The notes beneath the pieces are model-generated. The model had not been told where the DNA came from. It was given only the letters and a program-made list of their open reading frames with translations, and made no database searches. Below are positions 57,701-64,000 of a DNA stretch of 64,000 nucleotides, in pieces (the stretch's first letter is position 1; each line of letters begins with the position of its first letter). Both the position numbers and the translations under genes were made by a program. The DNA comes from a virus: IMG/VR virus record IMGVR_UViG_3300025138_000016; one strand, given 5' to 3'.

Positions 57701-58595
57701 GTCTAGTAAATGATCTTGTATAGTCAGCTGTAAATGCTCTAGCAAATTGTCTAGAATACTGTGCTGAATATACTCTGGTAAACTGTCTTGAGAAGTTACC
57801 AGTAAATTGTTGTGAGTACTGCTGAGATTGAACATCAGATAAACTATTTTCTATAGCATTTGATACCTGTAACCATGTTCCTGTTCCTGGGGCAGCAGTT
57901 TGTAGCTTATAAGTACCTACTCCAGTAGCTACTATTCTATTTCTTAATCTTTGTGTGAGAGTTTTAATCTCAGTATTATTCATCTCATTAACTGATGGTG
58001 TTGATGCATGTGCAGTTGCTTTCAAAGGTCTATATTCAGTTGGTGAAGTACCTGATGCAATCTTTCTCCATAGTTTATATGTAGTTGCTGCTGATTCACC
58101 AGTAGCTACTGTATCAGTAAAGGTGCCTTTATCCTGCCATGTACCACCAGATGGAGGAGATACTCCTAAAAAGTATTGCCCTGTTGCGTAACTAGATGTA
58201 TTTGCTATCTTTGCAATTAGGTGAGACATTACTGATGCATTTAAATCAGTGTCGTCTTGCTCTTCTATACCTTTGGATGCATCCCACTGAAGAGGTCTTA
58301 CAAGACCGCTCTCTGAATGTGAAGCAATATTTTGATAAAGTGTAGTAGTAACAGAGTTAGTAGCTCCAGTAGCTGGATGTGTTCCTACTGTTTCTGTTCT
58401 TCTCGTATCAACAAAAGTACCCACTGATGTACCTGTTGAAAAGCTTATATCACCTGTGCCTGTGCCTGTAGCGAAATCAGCCAGTATGATATCTGCCATG
58501 TAATCCATTTCGGCACTAGACATGCTCTGTAAGCCAGAGAAATTGGTTGTATTCGGTGTACCCGAACTAGTTTTAATTCTTAAAGGATTTGCCAA
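54762..58595 (-). CDS. 1277 aa Tyr/Phe/Arg/Gly repeat protein, predicted giant hairpin fibre
   Basis: TTG start with GGGAG RBS; about 259 aa non-repetitive N-terminus; residues 260-1258 built from aromatic-led 4-, 5- and 9-mers. Confidence 0.9.
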   Translation of the reverse strand: MANPLRIKTSSGTPNTTNFSGLQSMSSAEMDYMADIILADFATGTGTGDISFSTGTSVGTFVDTRRTETVGTHPATGATNSVTTTLYQNIASHSESGLVRPLQWDASKGIEEQDDTDLNASVMSHLIAKIANTSSYATGQYFLGVSPPSGGTWQDKGTFTDTVATGESAATTYKLWRKIASGTSPTEYRPLKATAHASTPSVNEMNNTEIKTLTQRLRNRIVATGVGTYKLQTAAPGTGTWLQVSNAIENSLSDVQSQQYSQQFTGNFSRQFTRVYSAQYSRQFARAFTADYTRSFTRQFTGQYARAFNRSFTADYSRAFARQFAGQYARQFARSFTAGYGRSFARSFSGEYARQFARSFSAGYGRSFQRQFNGQYARQFTRVFSAQYTRAFARQYAGQYARQFQRVFNGQYARTTTGPNYTVNYARSTPGPNYSDGNYSRLIVGPNYTVGYARATPGPNYSDGQYSRTRPGPSYTVNYARSTPGPNYSDGQYTRSRPGPNYTVNYARSTPGPNYSDGNYTRSRPGPSYTVNYARSRPGPNYSDGNYARSRPGPNYAVGYSRSTPGPNYSDGNYTRSRPGPNYDVAYARSRPGPGYSDGNYARSRPGPAYAVNYGRVYYGAYATNYGRVYSAAYGRAFGRVYAGNYGRSRPGPAYGVSYGRSRPGPAYGVAYGRSRPGPNYTSNYVVNYGRVYYGSYARSRGGPNYGVSYGRSRGGPAYNRARPGPAYGVSYTRQFNNSFPSTNYGGVFSRNYPWQSPSPINGGDGSNFFGPQYARGPLPGIQYNGPNYAVNYGRVYYGNYGRTYSGSYAVNYGRLYAGNYGRSRPGPNYGVSYGRSFGRIYYGSYTVNYGRVYSAQYTVNYGRVYTGNYARSRPGPNYTVNYARSRPGPAYAVNYGRSRPGPAYAVNYGRVYAGAYGRSFGRVYSANYNRSFGRVYNGAYARQFTRVYSASYTRSFGRVYSAAYARQFTRVYSAGYGRSFGRVYNGAYARQFTRVYSAGYGRAFARQYAGQYARQFTRVYSAGYGRAFARAYYGQYSRAFARQFSAGYSRAFNRQFTGAYARGFVRVYSAGYGRSFLRQFTAQYTRSTPGVTFSDGQYTRSRPGPNYAVGYARSTPGPNYSDGQYTRLIVGPNYVVNFARTTPGPSYSDGNYTRVTPGPQYTTNYARTTPGPSYSDGQYTRSRPGPNYAVGYARTTPGPGYTDGQYARLVVGPNFAIGYARATGGPSYSDGTYSRSTPGPQYTSTFSNQFTGQFSGDTIMASTSVESTVKLWLRVA
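54822..57818 (-). repeat. coding tandem repeats with mirror-complementary peptide arrangement
   Basis: Blocks of 12 A-units, 15 B-units, mixed core, NGGDG, mixed core, 15 A-units, 12 B-units (A=[YF]xRx[YF]x[GA]x, B=YxRxxxGPx). Confidence 0.92.
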
Positions 58596-58655
58596 GGATC
58601 AATTCTCCCGAATGGACAGTATAACTGCAGTGTTATTGAAATTCTATGTGTTTAT

Positions 58656-61091
58656 TTATGCAATTCTTAACCACAAGGTCTTAGTATTTTCAGTATAATT
58701 TGAAGAAACTGTGAGGCCTGAATACTGTTTATTACGAGAACCAGCAAATTGATTGCTATAAGATGAAGCAAACTGTGAGCCAGGTGTTGATCTTGTATAT
58801 TGTCCAGTAAATTGTCCACGAATAAAGTTACCTGTATACTGAGGACCAGGTCTTGATCTAGCAAAGTTTACAGTATACTGTACTGACCTTGCATACGTAA
58901 CACTATAAGCACCAACAAATTGTCTAGCAAATTGACGCTGATAATCCCCTGAGAAAGATCTAGCATAATCAGCTGTATATACTCTTGTGTATTGAGTGAG
59001 GTATGTTGGTCCATTATAGTTAGGACCTACTGTGCTTCTAGTATATTGAGCTCTTGCATATAGACCAGCATACTGAGGTCCAGCAAATTGTCTACCATAA
59101 GCACCATAACTTCTAGAGCCTGCGAATGTTCTAGTATAAAATATTCGCGAATATGCCGGAGCATTTCTTGTTCTTGCATACTGTGCTGTATAGTTTCTTA
59201 AATAACTAACTGAATATGCAGGACCATCATATTGTGGACCAGCTACATCTCGAGTAAAGGTACTTATATACTGAGGTCCTGCTCTTGATCTTGCATATTG
59301 AGGACCATCATATTGTGGTCCTGGAGTTGATCTAGCATAAGCAGGACCATTAAAAGATAGAGAAGGCACAGATCTTGTATACTGTGGACCACCTGTAGCT
59401 CTAGAAAAGCTTCTAGAGAAGAATCTTGTATATTGTCCTCTTACAAAGTTTACTGGAATAGGCCCACGGTTATATGAGCCTCTAAAATATGCTCTTCCAT
59501 CACCACCATTTGCTTCGCTTTCTGGAACGTTATAATAGTAAACTGTTCTATAAAAGACTTGAGAAAAATCGAATCCTGGAGCTGTACCTGAATAAAGACC
59601 TGTGAACTGATTACCTGTTGAGTAATTTTGATCATATTGCCCTATGTAAGTTCTACCATACTGGCCAGCATAAAATCTTTGATAAGCCGCTCTTGTATAG
59701 TTTGCTGAGTATACTCTTGTATATTGTCTTTGATATTGCGCTGAATAATTTCTAGCATATTGAACTGAATAGTTATTAGTATATCGTCTAAGAAATGTCC
59801 TAGTATAATTAACAGTATAGTTTGGTCCGTCTGTTGATCTTGCATACTGACCGTAATAAACTAAAAGATATGCGACAGCATATGTAATGCCTCTTGAATA
59901 TGCGCCTGTGAAAGATACTGCATAGTTATCTCCCCTTGCATACTGTCTTTGAAATTGCGAGGAATATGTACGAGCATATTGACCTGCATATTGTCTAGTA
60001 AATGCTCTTTGAAATTGAGCACTAGCATATTGAGGTCCAGGAGTAGATCTTGCGTATGAGAGGCCTGCAACTACTCTTGTATATTGTGGACCATCATAGT
60101 TAGTACCAGCTACTCCTCTAGCAAAGTTAGATATATAACCTCTTGCAAAGCTACGTCCATAGCTACCAGCATATACTCTTTGGAATTGATCTGCATATTG
60201 TCTAGCAAATTGTCCTCTAGAATATTGATCACTAAATATTCTTTGGAATTGTCTAGCAAAGGTATTAGCATATTGTGCTGTATAGTTACCAGTATATTGA
60301 GTATTTTCAATATTAGGATTTCTGTCTGTAGCAGCTCCTCTTGCAACCCATGTACCTACACCAGGAATAGAAGTTTGAAATTTATATGTGCCGACGCCTG
60401 TTGCTACTATTCTATTTCTTAATCTAGCTACTAATGTCTGTATTTCTGTATCAGACATTTCTTGTAAGTTGGTAGTAGATTGTTTAAGTAGTTTAACTTG
60501 AGTAGGACTACTAGTATGAGATGTTTTTCTCCATAGCTTATAAGTAACTTTTTGATCTTCATCATTTGCGTTGTTAGTAACTTCATCAAAGAATTGATCT
60601 TGAGCTACCCAAGTACCACCAATGCTAGGTGCATTAACACTAACGTAATAAGATCCTGCAGCTGCATATGTTGAATTAGCTTTAGCTATATCATCTAAGC
60701 AAAGTTGCATTATAGTAGTGTTTAATTGAGTAGATGTTTGTTGTGCAACATGACCAGGATTAGATGTACCACCATGTGTAGCAGGTGTAATCATACTAGC
60801 TTCTGATAAAGAAGAAACGTTTTGTTTAAATATATAAGTAGTAGCACCAGCTGATCCTGAATAAGGATGCGATAAGAGTTCACCAGTTGCAAAATTATCT
60901 ACAAATGTACCAACACTAGTACCTGTTGAATTGATATTTAAATCTCCAACATGATCACCAGAGCCTGACTCTGTAGCGTACTTAGTGTTTATTAATTTAA
61001 CGGAATAGTCAAGCTCAGCATTTGTTGTGACTTGGACTCCATTATTATAAACCCCATTTGCATGTGTTCGCAACTTAAGGGGATTGCTCAT
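58656..61091 (-). CDS. 811 aa paralogue of the hairpin repeat protein
   Basis: Shares MxNPL, TGTSVGTFVD, YKLWRK, RLRNRIVATGVGTYK, central NGGDG and C-terminal LWLR(V/I)A with 54762-58595. Confidence 0.9.
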   Translation of the reverse strand: MSNPLKLRTHANGVYNNGVQVTTNAELDYSVKLINTKYATESGSGDHVGDLNINSTGTSVGTFVDNFATGELLSHPYSGSAGATTYIFKQNVSSLSEASMITPATHGGTSNPGHVAQQTSTQLNTTIMQLCLDDIAKANSTYAAAGSYYVSVNAPSIGGTWVAQDQFFDEVTNNANDEDQKVTYKLWRKTSHTSSPTQVKLLKQSTTNLQEMSDTEIQTLVARLRNRIVATGVGTYKFQTSIPGVGTWVARGAATDRNPNIENTQYTGNYTAQYANTFARQFQRIFSDQYSRGQFARQYADQFQRVYAGSYGRSFARGYISNFARGVAGTNYDGPQYTRVVAGLSYARSTPGPQYASAQFQRAFTRQYAGQYARTYSSQFQRQYARGDNYAVSFTGAYSRGITYAVAYLLVYYGQYARSTDGPNYTVNYTRTFLRRYTNNYSVQYARNYSAQYQRQYTRVYSANYTRAAYQRFYAGQYGRTYIGQYDQNYSTGNQFTGLYSGTAPGFDFSQVFYRTVYYYNVPESEANGGDGRAYFRGSYNRGPIPVNFVRGQYTRFFSRSFSRATGGPQYTRSVPSLSFNGPAYARSTPGPQYDGPQYARSRAGPQYISTFTRDVAGPQYDGPAYSVSYLRNYTAQYARTRNAPAYSRIFYTRTFAGSRSYGAYGRQFAGPQYAGLYARAQYTRSTVGPNYNGPTYLTQYTRVYTADYARSFSGDYQRQFARQFVGAYSVTYARSVQYTVNFARSRPGPQYTGNFIRGQFTGQYTRSTPGSQFASSYSNQFAGSRNKQYSGLTVSSNYTENTKTLWLRIA
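58713..60296 (-). repeat. degenerate coding repeats with mirror-complementary peptide arrangement
   Basis: Residues 266-793, NGGDG at 528-532; same unit types in a different order. Confidence 0.85.
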
Positions 61092-61101
61092 ATTTTATCC
61101 C

Positions 61102-63999
61102 CTAGGCCGGCCAGGCCACATCACCATTAGCGTAATATACTCTGAATGCGTTTCCGCCTTCATCTTTAATATCACTATGTATTGATAAGTCTCCTACTAC
61201 GTTAGCTGCTGCTTGTAAGTTTGTTGCGCTTGTTACTTTTAATGTACCTGTTTCTGTTTCACCAGTAACACTTACGTTAGCACCAGCAGTAATATTATTA
61301 TCTACTTGTGCTGTAGAAGATACATTTATAAAGCCAGTAATAGTTGTATTACCAGTACCTAAAGTTTTACCTACAGATACGTGCTGTGTAGTAGATATAT
61401 TACCACTAAAAGTACCTGTGTTAGCAGTTAATTTAAATCTCTTAGTTGTATCACCAAGTACCGCACCTGATGTATTAGATGCAGGTTTAACACCTGAAGA
61501 CGTTGATATAATGCCAGTAGTATTAATTGTATTAGCATTCAATACCCATCTATTATTTACATCACCTAATGAAACTGTATTGCCATTAGGAATAAATCCT
61601 ACTGTTGAGTTACCAACAGGTGCAAGTACAAATAAATGCTCTGTACCTGAGTTATCACCAATAGTAGTATTACCATCTAATGTTGTCTCTGCTGATACAG
61701 ATAGTGTAGTCATTGTGGCTACATTTAATGATAGCGCGTTATCACTTGCAAGTGATGTTGTACCTTGTACTGTGAAATTACCAGCAACAGTAACATTATT
61801 ACTGAATGCTGTATTTGGTGCAACGTCCATACCAGTATCAGTGATGTATAATTCACCGCTTACTAGATTAGCTGTTGCGCCTGTATGAATTATAGGTGAG
61901 GTTAAAGTACCATGCGCTAATGAGCCTGTTATAGACGTATCGCCGCCAACATTTAATTTCTGACCTATTTGTACTGACTTAGCTATACCAACACCACCTG
62001 AAGTAGTTATTGATCCAGTTGTAGTACTAGTACTATTAGCAGTGTTATCTACATCTATTTTACCATCAACACCTAAGTGACTTGATACGTTAGCTGTTCC
62101 AGTAATCTCTACATCGCCAGTAATTGTAGCACCAGATGCTGAGACTGTTAAACCGTCTGCTACTGTTAATGAATCACCTAATACGACGTTACCTGATACA
62201 TTAGCAAGACCAGTTATATCTGCTCCACCATTAAGATCAGATAATCCTGAAACCTCTAGTCCGCTTGATAGAGTAGCTTTACCTGTAACACCAAGAGTAC
62301 TACCAACAGTAGCTGATGTTCCTATACCAGCTCCGCCGACTGTAGTTAAACTAGCGGCTGCGATAGCACCGTCTGCAGCTATAGCCCCTGAATCAGATAT
62401 TACAGCATTTACTGTACTATTACCAATAGTTATTTTTGAATGTGTTATTGCGACATTACCAGCTGTAATATTATCTTGAGCTGTTATTGCGCCTTGTACG
62501 TTTAATGTACTATTTAAATCTGTTGCACCATTAGCCTGTAAAGTACCTGTTACATTTGCACTTGCTGCTTTTACATTACCAGCAAATACTGCAGCATTAG
62601 CTGTAGTTGTTCCGTCTATTGAAACTGTATTACTTAATGTAGTTGATCCAAGCACTGATAGAGTACCATCAGTATCAACGGCTGTTTTTGTTATGGCTGT
62701 ATTAACAGTTGAATTACCAACTGTTATTTTTGAAGTTGAGAGGTTAACATTAGCGCCAACATTCATTTGCGTTGTTGCGTTTGCTATACCTGTTGTTATT
62801 AGACCTGATTTAGCTCTTAATAATCCACCAACGTTAGCTGCACCTGATAATAAAGTAGTTGTACCTACTGATAGATTATCAGTTATAGTAACTGTATCAC
62901 CAGCTGTTACATTACCTGTTAGTGTTGTTAAACCTGATGCATTTATATCAGCTGCTTTTAATCCCCATCTAGCATCATTTAATCCTAATGTCTGTGTATT
63001 AGCTTCTGGATTAATATTTGAAGATACTTCAGCTATAAAGTTAACTGAATCTGAGTTAGCATTACCTAAATCAACATCTGCATTAAGAGTTGTTTTGCCT
63101 GCAATAGTAAGAGTACTACTACCACCTATTGCTCCTGTCACATCGGCTTTACCGCCTATTGACGTATTCCCTGTAACTGCTAGAGTATTTGATACACTCA
63201 CAGTATTACTATTAAGGTTCCATCTAGCGTCTGTTAGACCAAGGGACAATGCGTTAGAAACGGGGTTTAAGCTTGAATCAGACTCTGAATTAAACGTTAC
63301 TGTATCACTATTAGCTGAACCAAGTACTACGTTTGCATTAAACTGTGACTCATCTGAATCAACAGTTACTAAGTTACCAGCCAATGTTACAGAGGTTGAT
63401 GTACCATCTCCATTTATATCAATAGCAGATAAAGTTGAATTAGACTTAAGCGTTATATCGTTAGCAGTAAGAGTAGTATTATCATAATCAGCTGTTAATG
63501 TTGTACCATCCATATCAACTGTTGTAGAGTTAATATCTAATGTTGTACCAGTAACATGAACTGCTGTTGAATTTATTGAAGTATTAGTTGATGATGAATT
63601 AATATGTACATTAGAACTAACTTGTAGCAAAGTACCATTAGCAAATACGTTTGCTGTTTCTAGATCAACGAATGATCCTTTAATGGTAACAGAATTAACA
63701 GTAGCATTAGAGCTAACATTAACAGTACCGTTTGATAGATTACTGTTTGATGTAACGTAGAGAGTGTTTGATACTTGTACATTACCACCTCTTACATCAT
63801 TAAATACAGCAATTGTATTAGATTGTAATATACCGCCTGTGCTATTAACCCAAGCTTCAGTATCTTGATTGTAAACGTTTGATGTTATTACAACGTTACC
63901 AGATGTAGAACCACCAACAGTATTTTGCTGAGCAGTAACAACTGTCTCAGATAAATCAAATAGTATCTGATTGGTTTTGTCTACCCAAGCACCAAAGGT
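61102..63999 (-). CDS. long fibre-like virion protein (5' end beyond the window)
   Basis: Frame appears open from 63630 to the window edge (TFGAWVDKTNQILFDLSETVVT...); T/S/N/G-rich; LG....RW repeats; GSITTSGGVGIAK motif. Confidence 0.8.
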   Translation of the reverse strand, partial: TFGAWVDKTNQILFDLSETVVTAQQNTVGGSTSGNVVITSNVYNQDTEAWVNSTGGILQSNTIAVFNDVRGGNVQVSNTLYVTSNSNLSNGTVNVSSNATVNSVTIKGSFVDLETANVFANGTLLQVSSNVHINSSSTNTSINSTAVHVTGTTLDINSTTVDMDGTTLTADYDNTTLTANDITLKSNSTLSAIDINGDGTSTSVTLAGNLVTVDSDESQFNANVVLGSANSDTVTFNSESDSSLNPVSNALSLGLTDARWNLNSNTVSVSNTLAVTGNTSIGGKADVTGAIGGSSTLTIAGKTTLNADVDLGNANSDSVNFIAEVSSNINPEANTQTLGLNDARWGLKAADINASGLTTLTGNVTAGDTVTITDNLSVGTTTLLSGAANVGGLLRAKSGLITTGIANATTQMNVGANVNLSTSKITVGNSTVNTAITKTAVDTDGTLSVLGSTTLSNTVSIDGTTTANAAVFAGNVKAASANVTGTLQANGATDLNSTLNVQGAITAQDNITAGNVAITHSKITIGNSTVNAVISDSGAIAADGAIAAASLTTVGGAGIGTSATVGSTLGVTGKATLSSGLEVSGLSDLNGGADITGLANVSGNVVLGDSLTVADGLTVSASGATITGDVEITGTANVSSHLGVDGKIDVDNTANSTSTTTGSITTSGGVGIAKSVQIGQKLNVGGDTSITGSLAHGTLTSPIIHTGATANLVSGELYITDTGMDVAPNTAFSNNVTVAGNFTVQGTTSLASDNALSLNVATMTTLSVSAETTLDGNTTIGDNSGTEHLFVLAPVGNSTVGFIPNGNTVSLGDVNNRWVLNANTINTTGIISTSSGVKPASNTSGAVLGDTTKRFKLTANTGTFSGNISTTQHVSVGKTLGTGNTTITGFINVSSTAQVDNNITAGANVSVTGETETGTLKVTSATNLQAAANVVGDLSIHSDIKDEGGNAFRVYYANGDVAWPA

Positions 64000-64000
64000 G

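Noticed and set aside
54822-57818. Possible CRISPR array or non-coding repeat
   Set aside because: Units are codon-phased multiples of three with synonymous variation inside one open frame; there is no repeat-spacer structure and no cas gene.
54822-60296. DNA-level inverted repeat or cruciform as the source of the symmetry
   Set aside because: By inspection, A-unit codons are not the reverse complement of B-unit codons; the symmetry appears only in the peptide units. A dot-plot would confirm this.
55397-60346. Several alternative-frame minus-strand ORFs rich in MLD/LLE/MVE within the two repeat genes
   Set aside because: They arise from shifted reading of the repeated TAT-GCT-AGA type codons, are fragmented by stops and have no evident RBS; shadow ORFs.
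54762-61091. Diversity-generating retroelement (template/variable repeat pair)
   Set aside because: No reverse transcriptase in the window, and the paralogues differ throughout rather than at adenines only.
3280-63487. All plus-strand ORFs in the track (e.g. 62693-63487, 61418-61888, 32963-33388)
   Set aside because: Each lies antisense to a well-supported minus-strand gene and shows no recognisable motif.
1-64000. tRNA or rRNA genes
   Set aside because: Intergenic gaps are short and accounted for by promoters, RBSs and hairpins; no cloverleaf or T-loop motif was noticed by eye.

Overview
64 kb of a lytic T4-like myophage genome, AT-rich, with every credible gene on the minus strand. The gene content resembles marine T4-like phages, but the host cannot be determined from this window. 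From high to low coordinates it holds: (i) a fibre/structural block, including two paralogous Tyr/Phe/Arg/Gly repeat proteins followed by a small protein, a glycosyltransferase and a cupin-like enzyme; (ii) the T4 neck-terminase-tail-head block gp13-gp23 plus gp3; (iii) uvsY, uvsW, gp55, gp47 and gp46; (iv) a complete 7-deazaguanine DNA-modification cluster (flavodoxin, queE, PRTase, queD, folE, a TGT-fold DpdA3-like gene, a PurN-like formyltransferase, a kinase, queF, queC and a glutamine amidotransferase), predicting formylated preQ1 in the DNA; (v) gp45, gp44, gp62, regA, hsp20, gp43 and uvsX with auxiliary genes. The most striking observation is that the repeat regions of the two paralogues (54762-58595 and 58656-61091) are self-complementary at the protein level. 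Read outward from a central NGGDG, each 9-residue YxRxxxGPx unit on one arm faces an 8-residue [YF]xRx[YF]x[GA]x unit on the other, in exact register (37 of 37 such pairs in the long protein, 13 in the short one). This implies giant antiparallel hairpin fibres built with a base-pairing-like peptide code, possibly modified by the adjacent enzymes. All assignments come from motif recognition and manual counting; no searches were run.
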